Shown here: positions 30,010 through 40,359 of the stretch, in pieces
How the letters are laid out: each line of letters opens with the position of its first letter
Numbering within the stretch: the first letter of the stretch is position 1
Assembly: GCA_963806185.1 (NCBI GenBank)
Contig: CAWDXE010000007.1
Coordinates: 896,001-960,000 of the forward strand
Source: an uncultured candidate division Zixibacteria bacterium
Lineage (GTDB): Bacteria > Zixibacteria > MSB-5A5 > GN15 > FEB-12
Direction of reading: 5' to 3'
DNA: 64,000 bases
Program-made: the position numbers and the translations under genes
The notes under the pieces: generated by a model
Seen by the model: the letters and a program-made list of their open reading frames with translations, nothing else
Told to the model about the DNA's origin: nothing
Databases searched by the model: none

Positions 30010-33000
30010 CTAGCGGACACCCTGCCAGTAGTCGAGGTCGAGGGAGGATTGGGAGTTATCGATCTTGATCGACGGCAAGGCGGTGACAAAAAGGCGGAAG
30101 CCATACCCTCGGTTGGAACCGACCGGCACCCAGAAGAAATTGCCGGTCCAGCAGTGGATGACCCGGTTGATGTTGACTTGGCGATTTATGGTGCGGCCGC
30201 GTTCAATATCGTAGTACTGAGAGTATTCCACCTGAGTGTTAGGGGTGAGATAGAAGCGGAGGCTGAAGCGGAAGAAGCTCTGTTTTCGCCATCTGGATTC
30301 GTGACCGGATTCGGAGTAGGAGTAAGTCATGGTGGCGGACCAACCCTTGCCGGCTTTCGGTTTGGTGACGAGGTCGTTGGCTGAGTCGGCGCCGCGCGGC
30401 ATTTTGGCGGGGAGGTCATAATCGAAGAGAAAGTGATTGCCGGAGAAGGTGGCGCTGGAATTGAGACTGAAGCTTTCGAGCGACGGCGAGAGTAGATGGG
30501 CTTTGTTACTTCCGGTCCTATAGAATGAATGCTGCATGGAGCCGCTTAGTGACACCCGCGGCAGCACATTGGAGGTCATTGACGTGGACAGACCGGAAAG
30601 GGGACGTTCTTCAGCCTCGAAATTGTACCCGAAATTCGAGGAGATAGTCACCAGATTGAGCGTGCGGTCTCGCTCTCCTTGTTTAATCCGAGCTTGGTAG
30701 TCCTGAGTGAGGCCGAAGCTGACAGTCTGACTTTGATCGGCGCTGCCGTTGCCGCCGGCGTAGCTCCGCACTTTCGGATGGCGATCGAGGCGGGGAACGA
30801 AGGCGTACGAAATTGACGGTGAGAGCACTTGCCGAAAGCCGGTGATGCCGAGGACATTAGGACTGACTGTGCCGTAGATTTTGGTCGAGAGACTGGCGCC
30901 AACCGTGTAGATGTTGGTCCGATACGATCCGGACTTGATGCCGGTGGTGTCGGAAACGTTGGTGCCGTAGATGTACGCCCAGCTTTCGGAATAGGTCATG
31001 CTGGGAATGAAATTGATATAGGGGCCGATTTTGAGCGACAGGGACGGGGTAAGGCCGTGGTCAAGTCGCGAATATTTCTTGGAATAGCGAACGCTGGTGG
31101 TGTCGCTGGTGAGGGTGTCGACGACAGTGATTGTTTTTGTCACCGAACTGGTAGAGTAGTTTCTGAATGCGGGGGTATACCGTACCGTAAGATTATTGTA
31201 CCAGTGCTGCTCCAACTGCCCATCGGGTCCCTTTCTTCCACTGCCGAAAGGTTTCCAGGTCGGCACGCTGAAACTGATGCTGGGGAGAATGTCGGTACGG
31301 GACTTGGTATCCAGATTCTCCTCGTGCGAGAAGACCGGCGCCATGCTGAAGCCGTGACCAAACGATTTGCTGATGTTGACGGTGGAGCGGATCGTACGGT
31401 TGAGACGTTCATCAAGACTGGACGAATAGCGGGTGTAATAACTTGCATCTGACTGGTATTGGCCACTGGCGCTCATCCTGAAGGTCGGTGAAAACGTCTG
31501 ATTGTGCGCACCGCTGATCACCCAGGAAGTGAGTGGGAATTGCTCCGCGAACCTGGTGCTATAATCGGTACTCCGTGAGTGGTTCAGGCTGATATACCCA
31601 TCGTATTTATAGCGGGTGGCATAGTTGAAGCGGCCGTAGAGATTGATGGTGCTGTTTCGGTCGTAGTAGTCCATCGCGCCCTGAAGGTCCCAATGCTCGG
31701 AGGCGGCCCAATAGTAGCCGATATTGCGGACGTAGCGATCCCCCTGTTCGATGTTGCCGACGGTAAACGGGAGCAAGCCGGAGTGTCTCCCCTTCTTCAG
31801 CGGGAAGACGTAATAGGGAATGGCGAGGATCGGCAGGCGACCGATGTTCAGGATGACCGGACGGGCGATCAGTTTGTCGTCCTTGATAAATTTCAATTTC
31901 TTTGAATAGAAATGGAAGTGAGGCTCGTCGGCGTCACACGTAGTATAACGGCCGTCGTCCAAATAGATGATGTCCGTCTTCTGGCGGTAGACATCGCGGC
32001 CGTAGAAGATGCCCTGTTCATAGCTGGACTTGGACTGGACGATACGGCCCTTCTTGGTATCGATGGAATACTCCAGATAATCGCCGTAGAGGTTTTCCGA
32101 CTTGTCCTTGAGAATCACGGGCACGGGGTTGGGCTGGAGGCGGGTGGTGAAAATGCCGCCCTCGGTGGTGGAGTCGAGGCGAACATCGGCAGAGAAGGCC
32201 TCCACGATGCGACGGCGGGTGTCCAGTTGAATGCGATACGCCTCGAGCTCAGTTTGATCGGACGAGAGTTTGCTCTGGCGAGTGAGGACGAAGGTTGAAT
32301 CCTTGATGGCGTAGTCGATGCGCTGGGCGCTGTAGTCAATGGTGTCCGGTTTGACTTTGGCGGTGTCGCCGGGGATGAGTTTTGTTTCGATGTAGGAACC
32401 AACAGCGCCGCCGATGACCTCGACTCGGCGCAGGCTTTCATCTTCAACATACAGTTTGATGGTATCGCCGGAGGCAGTGTTTTCCTGCGTTTCGGCCTCT
32501 CCCCTGGCGGACGGATAGTACCAGGAGTAGGCCTGTCCGTAACAGGTGATGCGAAAGAGTTCGCCCTGCTCGAAATCGAACAGGATGCGCCGGCCGCGCA
32601 GAAGCGAGCGGTCGTATTCCTCGTCGCGACCCTTGACCTGTTCCACAAATTCGCCCTGGGCGGAATCGACAACGTCGATCTGGCTGATCTTGCGATCTAC
32701 GGAATAGACGGAAATGAGCTTACCGGAGATTTGAGATTTATTGCGAGTGGCGACGGGATTATCGAACAGGTCGACAAAGCGGGTTTTGGGATTCATGACC
32801 GCGCAGCCGGAGCGGGAGGAGAATTCCTTCGAGGTGATAATGACGTCACCGCGGGCCTCGGCACGACTGCGAGATCCGTCGTGATCGAACCGATCGGCCA
32901 CGACCTCGATCATGTTAGCCGTATCGGGGTAGCCAATGTAGACAGTGGGGCGCTGACGCATGGCGGCCACGCGAGTATTGCGATTGTACCAGGCGTGGGT

Positions 33001-33363
33001 GCCGATGGCCAGAAGGGAGTCGTCTTTTGAGAACAGCTCAACGTCAGACCCGAGCGCGAGCGCTTCGCCGGTGCGGAGGTCGTAGTCGACGGAATCAGCG
33101 ATGACGCGGTACTTTTCGTCGTCGATACGAACCGAGGAGCGGAGACGGACGCGCTTACCCTTGACCCAGACGGCAGAGTCGCAGTAGATCATGCCGTTGT
33201 CAGTTTCAAAGATGACGGAGCCGTTGACGTGGACGATGTCGTCGTCGCCCTGCAGAAGGACTTCGAATTTGTCGGCGTGATGCAAATTCAGGCGCTGTTG
33301 AGCAGCGACCGGAGTAGTCAGCCAACAAACCAGAAATGAAGCAGCGACAAGCCAACGTATCAC
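30010..33363 (-). CDS. lptD: LPS-assembly protein LptD with an extended OstA/LptA-like N-terminus
   Basis: Signal peptide; beta-jellyroll-like region (IYCDSA, ADSVDY); YTTCDADEPHFHF..K..DDKLIARP..RHSGLL; aromatic-rich barrel; late HCW motif. Confidence 0.78.
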   Translation of the reverse strand: MIRWLVAASFLVCWLTTPVAAQQRLNLHHADKFEVLLQGDDDIVHVNGSVIFETDNGMIYCDSAVWVKGKRVRLRSSVRIDDEKYRVIADSVDYDLRTGEALALGSDVELFSKDDSLLAIGTHAWYNRNTRVAAMRQRPTVYIGYPDTANMIEVVADRFDHDGSRSRAEARGDVIITSKEFSSRSGCAVMNPKTRFVDLFDNPVATRNKSQISGKLISVYSVDRKISQIDVVDSAQGEFVEQVKGRDEEYDRSLLRGRRILFDFEQGELFRITCYGQAYSWYYPSARGEAETQENTASGDTIKLYVEDESLRRVEVIGGAVGSYIETKLIPGDTAKVKPDTIDYSAQRIDYAIKDSTFVLTRQSKLSSDQTELEAYRIQLDTRRRIVEAFSADVRLDSTTEGGIFTTRLQPNPVPVILKDKSENLYGDYLEYSIDTKKGRIVQSKSSYEQGIFYGRDVYRQKTDIIYLDDGRYTTCDADEPHFHFYSKKLKFIKDDKLIARPVILNIGRLPILAIPYYVFPLKKGRHSGLLPFTVGNIEQGDRYVRNIGYYWAASEHWDLQGAMDYYDRNSTINLYGRFNYATRYKYDGYISLNHSRSTDYSTRFAEQFPLTSWVISGAHNQTFSPTFRMSASGQYQSDASYYTRYSSSLDERLNRTIRSTVNISKSFGHGFSMAPVFSHEENLDTKSRTDILPSISFSVPTWKPFGSGRKGPDGQLEQHWYNNLTVRYTPAFRNYSTSSVTKTITVVDTLTSDTTSVRYSKKYSRLDHGLTPSLSLKIGPYINFIPSMTYSESWAYIYGTNVSDTTGIKSGSYRTNIYTVGASLSTKIYGTVSPNVLGITGFRQVLSPSISYAFVPRLDRHPKVRSYAGGNGSADQSQTVSFGLTQDYQARIKQGERDRTLNLVTISSNFGYNFEAEERPLSGLSTSMTSNVLPRVSLSGSMQHSFYRTGSNKAHLLSPSLESFSLNSSATFSGNHFLFDYDLPAKMPRGADSANDLVTKPKAGKGWSATMTYSYSESGHESRWRKQSFFRFSLRFYLTPNTQVEYSQYYDIERGRTINRQVNINRVIHCWTGNFFWVPVGSNRGYGFRLFVTALPSIKIDNSQSSLDLDYWQGVR

Positions 33364-33378
33364 GACACGACTTCCATA

Positions 33379-34563
33379 TCAGACCAGTAGTTTCTCCAGC
33401 GCGGAGCGGTAGGTTTCGAGTGCGTCGGCTGAAGCGCCCCCTGCCTGCGCCAGACGCGGGCTGCCGCCGCCCCGGAGTCCGATCGCGGCAGACAGTTTTT
33501 TCATCACATCGCCGGCATTTAGACTGATTGATGAGCCGGTGGCCAGATAAAGTTTATTTTCGACGACCAGAAGAGATACGCCGCCGATCTTTTCGGCTAC
33601 TTGCTGAGCGAGGGGGCCGGCGATTTCGGCCTGGATGTCGGTCGGGGCGGCGCAGACAAACGGATGTGGGCCGAGCCTGGCGACCTGCGCAGCCAGTCGT
33701 TCCGCAAAGACGGGCAGGAGTTCTTTCTGAAGTCCGGCCGCCTGTCTGTGGAGGGATTTCGATTCGTCAACCAACTTCGCATACCGTCCCTCCAAATCGT
33801 TGATATTGCAGGTGAGTTGTTTGGAGAGGCGGTCGGTGATGGCGAAACGGGTGCGGTAGTCTTCCCATGCCTGACGGCCGGCGAGGAAAGTGACGAGAGC
33901 GCGGCCACGGAGGCGTTCAATGCCGGTGATTTTGATGAGGCCGATCTCCGACGTGTTGGCGCAGTGCGTGCCGCCGCAGGCCGAGTAATCGAACTCGCCG
34001 ACTTTGATGACGCGGATAACACCCTCGCGATCGGGGATCTTACGCAGAGGAAGGTTAGCGGCGTCTGAGGCGTCAACAAAGAGAATGCTGACGGGCAGAC
34101 TGCGCCAAATGATCTGGTTGGCCAAAAGCTCAGCGTCGGCCGATTGCTCAGGGCTGACCGAATCGGAATTCAATTCAACGGCACCGTATTCCTCACCGAG
34201 GTGAACGGAGACGGTTTCATAATTAGACCTCTGGATGAATGATTGACTGAGGATATGCTGGGCCGAGTGAAGTTGACGATTGCGATGGCGGCGGTCGGTG
34301 TCGACGAGACCGGTGGCGGTTGAACCTACCGATCCGATCGGCTGGCGACTGATGTGGAGGACTTCGCCGGCCTCAGATTCGCGCACGTCAATAACGTCGA
34401 CGCCATTCAATTGACCAGTGTCAAAGAGCTGTCCGCCGGAAGTTGGATAAAAGGCAGACCGGTCGAGAGTAGTGAGATAAACCTCTCCCTCATTCGTCAC
34501 GACCGTGATGGTGGCGGTGAACTCGAGGAGGGCGGGATCATGGTAGTAGAGTCGTTCGGTCAT
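33379..34563 (-). CDS. Alanyl-tRNA editing protein (AlaX-L with DHHA1)
   Basis: Motifs TERLYY, FYPTSGGQ..DTG, HSAQH, CGGTH and GGG..AQAGG. Confidence 0.9.
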   Translation of the reverse strand: MTERLYYHDPALLEFTATITVVTNEGEVYLTTLDRSAFYPTSGGQLFDTGQLNGVDVIDVRESEAGEVLHISRQPIGSVGSTATGLVDTDRRHRNRQLHSAQHILSQSFIQRSNYETVSVHLGEEYGAVELNSDSVSPEQSADAELLANQIIWRSLPVSILFVDASDAANLPLRKIPDREGVIRVIKVGEFDYSACGGTHCANTSEIGLIKITGIERLRGRALVTFLAGRQAWEDYRTRFAITDRLSKQLTCNINDLEGRYAKLVDESKSLHRQAAGLQKELLPVFAERLAAQVARLGPHPFVCAAPTDIQAEIAGPLAQQVAEKIGGVSLLVVENKLYLATGSSISLNAGDVMKKLSAAIGLRGGGSPRLAQAGGASADALETYRSALEKLLV

Positions 34564-34567
34564 ATGA

Positions 34568-35458
34568 TCAGACGACCTCGACTGGTTCCAGGGGTGGCGA
34601 AGTGTGGCCGGTTTGCACCAGCGCTGTCAGAGCAGCAGTGCCAAGGAGCGATTGCCCCGAACGGGCAAACGAGCACAGCTGAAAGAGAATGAGTTCCAAG
34701 ATGACTCCCAAACCGTTCGGCAGAGCGCCGGTTACCTGCACGGCAATGATCTCAATCAGGATCCAGAAGATCACAAACGGCAGGTAGAACGCAGCATAGG
34801 CTCCGATAGATTGTACACCAATCCGGCGCGACAGGCTCATGGCTGTTCGCCAATAGGCGGCGACCGGCCGGCTGGGCGTGAGCGTGAGGCTGAGGCGCAT
34901 GAAATCAGAGAAGATGGAGCCGAGGATCAGGATGGTCCAGAGAATGGCCTCGCGTACGCCGAGCGAAAGCATGCCCCCTGTTCCCTGCGGGCCGAAGAGG
35001 TCGGGTGGACAGATGCGGGTTGCAAACGAAGCGAGCAAACCCAGCCCGGCGTAGAGCGGAAGCATCACCAGCGTGACACGCAAGTGGGGGTCGAAATCGC
35101 GCGCACACTGCGTGAAGAATTCCTGACTGGGCAGAGTGCGACCCGCGACCAGCGAGTGGTAGATGCCGCCATTGAGAAACTGCTTGACGATCAGTGCAGC
35201 AGCGCCCAGGAAGATTAATAGAAATACGAAGTAGGTGACCATGCCGGGGTGAGCGAGGACGAGTTCGGTCAGGATGTCGAGCGACCAGGTGCCGGCGAGA
35301 AGTTGACCGAAGATGGAACGATCAAGATCGGAGGAAACGACGGCCAGTACGGGCAAGGTGGCGATTAAGGCGAGGCTCAGGCGACCGAGGTAGAGCCAGA
35401 ACCAAAGGCGGGTCAGGCCGTGAAACTTTTGGAGCGCGCGGGCAACGGCGTGCAGCAT
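34568..35458 (-). CDS. Multi-pass membrane protein of unknown function
   Basis: About 6 hydrophobic segments; starts 3 nt after the M1 peptidase stop. Confidence 0.7.
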   Translation of the reverse strand: MLHAVARALQKFHGLTRLWFWLYLGRLSLALIATLPVLAVVSSDLDRSIFGQLLAGTWSLDILTELVLAHPGMVTYFVFLLIFLGAAALIVKQFLNGGIYHSLVAGRTLPSQEFFTQCARDFDPHLRVTLVMLPLYAGLGLLASFATRICPPDLFGPQGTGGMLSLGVREAILWTILILGSIFSDFMRLSLTLTPSRPVAAYWRTAMSLSRRIGVQSIGAYAAFYLPFVIFWILIEIIAVQVTGALPNGLGVILELILFQLCSFARSGQSLLGTAALTALVQTGHTSPPLEPVEVV

Positions 35459-35460
35459 CG

Positions 35461-37236
35461 TTACCATCCCCAGATCGTGCTAAAGAGTGACTGGACGAGG
35501 AAAGTGAGGCCGGAAAAGAGTCGCATGGAGGCGGCACGGGTGTCCTCAACGGTTCTGCCGTTGTTGAGATAGGCGATATCGGTGCAGAAGATGTGGTCAG
35601 GATCAAGCGTGGCCGCGCGTAGCGGTTTGTCGGCGGTGAGGGTCAATTTGTGTCTTCCCGTCGAGGCGGTGAGGGTGGTGTCAATGACGGTGCCATCGGC
35701 GTACCAACGTCTCAACGGGATGGGCAGGTCGAAGTGGTTTTGGAGAGTATAATCTATGGTGTTTGTGAACCGGCTCGTGGAAGGCAGGGAATCGTGGCCG
35801 GCGGAATCGGCCGGGTCAAATGGGACAGAGGTTACGTCGTTGACGGCCAGATCGAGACGGCTGGTGGATTCGATAATTCGGCCGGCCAAGCCGGGGTGAC
35901 CCTTGGGAAGGAACTGTTCAGCCAAGGTCAGGAAGTCATCGGACGAGGGCATCCGGTTCGAGTAGCGCGCCACCCAGTCCTGCCATAATTTGCGCTCGTT
36001 ATCTTTCCCCATGATACCGCAGAGGAAAGCGACGGTGGGAGCGCCCTTGTAGTAGACGGCGGCGTAGTATTCGAATATGTCGAAGTAGTCACCGGCCGGA
36101 CGATTGATGGGCACGAGCTCGAGAGAGGTGCGATTGGAGAATCGCTCGCCGGACTCATAAGATGCGGTGAAGCCGAATTGATCGAGCAAGGAGTTGGCGC
36201 CGAATTTTGAGCGCATGATCCGCTGGGAGAAGTATTCCGTAATGGACTCGTCGAGCCAGGGGTCAGCGGCCTGATCGGAGTTGATCAAGCCGTAGAACCA
36301 TTGATGCACGGTCTCGTGAATGATCGTTTCGTCGTAGTTGTAGCTGATGTTGGGGCGGTAGGGGGGCATGATGACGGTCATGTGCGGAAGTTCCAGACCG
36401 CCGCCCATATTGAGCCCGCCCAGGACCAACACCAATTCCGGGAACGGATATGGCAGCCCCTCCCCTGCCATGAAAGAGAAGCTGGCGGCGACGTCAGCTC
36501 TGGCCGAAGGCAGAATCCACGAGTCTTCCTCACGGGTCCAAACACTGACACTCACACCCTCAATGATACTGGAGTCGAGCAGAAAGCCGGTGGCGATGAC
36601 GGCGCCGATATCGTCGACGCCGCTAAGTTGAGTTTGATACGTACTAGCGCCGCCAAAAGTGTCGAGAACCTGCGTCGAGGGGGCGAGGTATTGCAGAGAA
36701 TCGGGAAGGCGAAGGGTGGCGGTGATATCAAAGAGGTCGGCGGTCGGTTCAGCTTGCTCGGAATAGCCCGTGGTCACCCAGTTCGAATCGCGCCAGAGAG
36801 CGGGCATGGGGAACCAGGCTTCGAGAAGGTACTGCCCTCGTTTGAAGCCGGTGCGATAACCCGGCCTGGACATGTTCAGCGTGAATTTGAGGCGCACCTT
36901 TGTGGTATCATGCTTGCGCAAAGTGGAAGGACAAGTCACACTGACGTACACGCCAGTGTGCTGGAGAGTTGAAGTGACGTCGACGCTGTCGATCCAGGCA
37001 GAGTCGACCTCCAGGCCGCAGGTTGAGTCCTTGGCGGTGCACTTCACGTTCGGATAGAGGCGGAATAGGTATAGGCTCGCGCCCGGGGCGTAATCGACAA
37101 AGCGCACCTCGACGCTGCCACTGACCGTTTTGGCACTGTCGTTCAGCACGGCGTCGATGAAAATGTCATCGTAGGCTGAAACCGTCATGGGCAGGATCAG
37201 CAAGAGACGACTAAGCCATCTGATTTTCCAGCTCAC
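35461..37236 (-). CDS. Exported M1 family zinc aminopeptidase (start uncertain)
   Basis: GGLELP exopeptidase-like motif, HETVH-x18-E (WLDESITEY) and YYKG; hydrophobic C-terminal tail. Confidence 0.85.
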   Translation of the reverse strand: MSWKIRWLSRLLLILPMTVSAYDDIFIDAVLNDSAKTVSGSVEVRFVDYAPGASLYLFRLYPNVKCTAKDSTCGLEVDSAWIDSVDVTSTLQHTGVYVSVTCPSTLRKHDTTKVRLKFTLNMSRPGYRTGFKRGQYLLEAWFPMPALWRDSNWVTTGYSEQAEPTADLFDITATLRLPDSLQYLAPSTQVLDTFGGASTYQTQLSGVDDIGAVIATGFLLDSSIIEGVSVSVWTREEDSWILPSARADVAASFSFMAGEGLPYPFPELVLVLGGLNMGGGLELPHMTVIMPPYRPNISYNYDETIIHETVHQWFYGLINSDQAADPWLDESITEYFSQRIMRSKFGANSLLDQFGFTASYESGERFSNRTSLELVPINRPAGDYFDIFEYYAAVYYKGAPTVAFLCGIMGKDNERKLWQDWVARYSNRMPSSDDFLTLAEQFLPKGHPGLAGRIIESTSRLDLAVNDVTSVPFDPADSAGHDSLPSTSRFTNTIDYTLQNHFDLPIPLRRWYADGTVIDTTLTASTGRHKLTLTADKPLRAATLDPDHIFCTDIAYLNNGRTVEDTRAASMRLFSGLTFLVQSLFSTIWGW

Positions 37237-37978
37237 CTATTCCCTCGATGCGGACGACGATTTTGTCACCCGGTTTCATTGGCGCAATACCGGACGGCGT
37301 GCCGGTTGCGACCAGATCGCCCGGCAGGAGTGTCATGGCGGCGGTGATATAGTGAATCAGGTACGGAATCTCGAAGATCATCATCGATGTCCGGCCCGAT
37401 TGTTTGATTTCACCGTTATGAATTCCCTCGACCAGGACGTCTCGCCAGTTCAATTCATTGACAATCCAGGGACCGACCGGGCAAAACGTGTCGAAGCCTT
37501 TGGCACGCGACCATTGGCCGTCCTTCTTCTGAAGATCGCGCGCGGTAACGTCGTTGACGCAGGTGAAGCCGAAGATGTGCTCGGTGGCTCGTTCAACCGG
37601 AACGTTTTTGGCGGTCTTCCCTATCACCACACCAAGTTCCGCCTCGTAATCGACCCGTTCCGACTGCGGCGGGTGAATGATGTTGTCGCCCGGGCTGATA
37701 ATCGCGGACGGCGGTTTGAAGAAGATCAGGGGATTCTCCGGCGGTTTGTCGGCGGAAAAGGAGGCTTGCACGTGGGCATGGTAGTTGAGGCCGATGCAGA
37801 CAATCTTGGACGGCGTGACCGGAGCCAGCAGTTTTACATCCTGCAATGGGTGGATCTTGCCGGTCCGGCCGGCGTCGAGCCAAGGAGCGCCGGTGAGTTC
37901 GTCGACTGATTCATTTTCGAGTATGCCAAACCGGGGAGTATCGCCCGTCTTTTGAAAGCGTACGTATCGAGAGGTCAT
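37211..37978 (-). CDS. Fumarylacetoacetate hydrolase family protein
   Basis: Motifs KIVCIGLNY, FFKPPS, DYEAEL, NDVTARD, KGFDTFCP and TGTPSG. Confidence 0.93.
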   Translation of the reverse strand: MTSRYVRFQKTGDTPRFGILENESVDELTGAPWLDAGRTGKIHPLQDVKLLAPVTPSKIVCIGLNYHAHVQASFSADKPPENPLIFFKPPSAIISPGDNIIHPPQSERVDYEAELGVVIGKTAKNVPVERATEHIFGFTCVNDVTARDLQKKDGQWSRAKGFDTFCPVGPWIVNELNWRDVLVEGIHNGEIKQSGRTSMMIFEIPYLIHYITAAMTLLPGDLVATGTPSGIAPMKPGDKIVVRIEGIGELENQMA

Positions 37979-38916
37979 TTGTCGGTCAATCCTTCTATAT
38001 AGTGATGAATCGAATCAGCCAGAGCCGCAGGGTTATAACCACCCTCGAGCACCGAGATCATCCGGCCATCGCAGCAGCGGAAAGCAACGTCGCGCAAGAC
38101 GCGTCCAATTTTCTCGTAAGCGGCAGAACTCCAGTCGAGCCCGGCCAAGGGATCGAGGCGATGGGCGTCGAAGCCGGCCGAGACAAGAAGAAGCTGGGGG
38201 TTGTATGACAGCAGAGCGTCGCGGATTTCCTTTTCGAAAAGGGGCAGGGCGTGGGCATCGCCGGTATGGACCCACAAGGGGAAATTCAAAGTGAAACCGA
38301 GGCCGGGGCCACCCCCCCGTTCACCGGCGCTGCCACTGCCGGGGTAGAACGGGAATTGGTGAGTCGATATGAAGATGACATCGGCGCGATCATAGAACAT
38401 ATGCTGACTGCCGTTGCCGTGATGAACGTCAAAATCGACGATCGCGACGCGCGCGAGTTGAAAAGTGTCGATCGCATACTGGGCGGCGACACCGACCGTG
38501 TTAAAGAGGCAGAATCCCCTGGCGTGATCGGCTTCGGCATGGTGACCGGGCGGGCGACCAAGTATGAGGGATTGCGCCATGCCGCCGTTCATGGCGGCAT
38601 CGACGGCAGACAGGGTGGCGCTCACCACGGAGGTCGCGGCCAGGAATGATTTCGGCGTGACAAAGGTATCCAGGTCAGGGCGGCCGCCTCCGGCGGCAGC
38701 AAGTTCGGCGATTTGGCGGACGTATTCCGGCTTGTGGACCCGTTCGATCGGCGCTTGATCGTGGTCCTGCAACTCGATATCTACGACGACGTTGGCGGCC
38801 CGCAAGGCGTCGATCACGGTGATGGTTTCGGACAATCGTCCGGCGTTTTCGGGATGGCCGGGTGGAGCGGCATGCTCCTGACCGTGAACTAATAGTGCGA
38901 CACCGACTTGGGGCAT
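37975..38916 (-). CDS. Histone deacetylase family zinc deacetylase
   Basis: Motifs HPE, RPPGHHA, GFC, DFDVHHGNG, SAGFDAH and LEGGY. Confidence 0.93.
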   Translation of the reverse strand: MPQVGVALLVHGQEHAAPPGHPENAGRLSETITVIDALRAANVVVDIELQDHDQAPIERVHKPEYVRQIAELAAAGGGRPDLDTFVTPKSFLAATSVVSATLSAVDAAMNGGMAQSLILGRPPGHHAEADHARGFCLFNTVGVAAQYAIDTFQLARVAIVDFDVHHGNGSQHMFYDRADVIFISTHQFPFYPGSGSAGERGGGPGLGFTLNFPLWVHTGDAHALPLFEKEIRDALLSYNPQLLLVSAGFDAHRLDPLAGLDWSSAAYEKIGRVLRDVAFRCCDGRMISVLEGGYNPAALADSIHHYIEGLTDK

Positions 38917-38922
38917 GGCGAG

Positions 38923-38951
38923 AAGGTACGGCAAGCGATTCGGCGGGTCAA
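38923..38951 (-). promoter_or_regulatory. Putative leaderless promoter of the HDAC gene
   Basis: TTGACC-N17-TACCTT-N6-ATG(38916) with no SD. Confidence 0.55.
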
Positions 38952-38958
38952 CTACAAG

Positions 38959-40308
38959 CTATACCTTCTTCAGTTTCCATTTGCCGCGCCGGAACCATAA
39001 GGCGATACAGGCGGCTTTGATGGTAGTTGTAATTGTGAGGGTCCACCAAACGCCGTTGACTCCCAGACCGCAGTCGAAGGCAAGATAATAGGCCAGTGGA
39101 ATACGGGCGATGGCACCGGGAAGCAAGACCAGCATGGGTGGGATGGTGTCACCGGCACCGCTGAAGGCGCCTTCGATGACGATTTCGATAGCCATGGTGA
39201 ATTGAGAAAGGGCGAGGATAATCATGTAGTCCTGAGCGATTTGTTGCACCGCCGCATCCGGTGAGAAGATGGCGGCCAGGGGCTGATTGAAAAGGAGCAG
39301 GAGGATCGAGTTAATGGCGGTGACGCCGATGGCAAGGGCGGCGGCAACCCACGCACCCTTGGCGGCGCGATCAGGATTACCGGCACCCAGGTTTTGGCCA
39401 ACCATGGTGGCCGCGGCAATCGAAAAGCCCTGGCAGGTGAGATAGGACAGGGCTTCCATCCGGTTGCCTATTCCCATGGCGGCACCGGCGGAGGGGCCGA
39501 ACCGATGAACGATATCGATCAGAAACCAGTAGACACCAACAAAGACGAGTTGCTGGCTGGCCATGGGGAGGCCGATGCGGCCAATTCTCAAGATGTCGGT
39601 GAAGTTCACTTTGCTACGGAAGATACCGTCGACCGGGTAGCCGAGCTTGCCGGAGTGGAGTCGCCAGAGGAAGACGGAGAGAGCGACGGTAATTGAGATT
39701 CCCGTGGCCAGGCTGGCACCGGGAACGCCCAGTTTCGGGAAGGGCCCGATCCCGAATATGAGGAGGGGATCCAGAATCATGTTGAGGCCGATAGCGATGC
39801 CACCGATCCAGAGCGGTGTGCGGGTGTCACCGGAAGCGCTGAAGGCGGAGTAAATGGTGTCGTAGATCATGAAGACATAGGCGCTCACGAAGAAGATGTG
39901 CATGTAGGGAACGGCCATTTCGAGAGATTCCTTGCCGGCGCCCATGAGAGCGAGGAGGTCGCGAGCGAAGATGAATCCGGGGATGGCAACCAGTGTCGCG
40001 AGTCCAAGGGCAAACCAGAGCGCCTGTCGGATGTAGCCGGCCGCCTGGGGGGTCTCACCGGAACCGACATATCGAGAAACGAGGGCCCGGACGCCGATGG
40101 TAATGGTCGAGGTGGTGGCAAAGATAGTCCAGATGATGACCATTGAAGAGGTCACGGCATCTTGTGCGGCAGCACCGAGCCGGCCAACCCAATACAGGTT
40201 TACCACGTGCATGGCAAACTCGAGCAGCATGCCCACGACAACCGGAACCGCCAACCAGATGACGGTATGGACGAGGGGGCCGGAAGTAACTTGGTCTGCT
40301 TGTTTCAT
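38959..40308 (-). CDS. MATE family efflux transporter
   Basis: About 12 TM; motifs GDTRTP, NMILDPLLIFG, GVPGASLAT, GQNLGAG and GAGDT. Confidence 0.93.
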   Translation of the reverse strand: MKQADQVTSGPLVHTVIWLAVPVVVGMLLEFAMHVVNLYWVGRLGAAAQDAVTSSMVIIWTIFATTSTITIGVRALVSRYVGSGETPQAAGYIRQALWFALGLATLVAIPGFIFARDLLALMGAGKESLEMAVPYMHIFFVSAYVFMIYDTIYSAFSASGDTRTPLWIGGIAIGLNMILDPLLIFGIGPFPKLGVPGASLATGISITVALSVFLWRLHSGKLGYPVDGIFRSKVNFTDILRIGRIGLPMASQQLVFVGVYWFLIDIVHRFGPSAGAAMGIGNRMEALSYLTCQGFSIAAATMVGQNLGAGNPDRAAKGAWVAAALAIGVTAINSILLLLFNQPLAAIFSPDAAVQQIAQDYMIILALSQFTMAIEIVIEGAFSGAGDTIPPMLVLLPGAIARIPLAYYLAFDCGLGVNGVWWTLTITTTIKAACIALWFRRGKWKLKKV

Positions 40309-40359
40309 GGGCCAGCCTGCCCTTTAAGGAGATACTTCTCCCCTATCGGGTAGGGGGAG

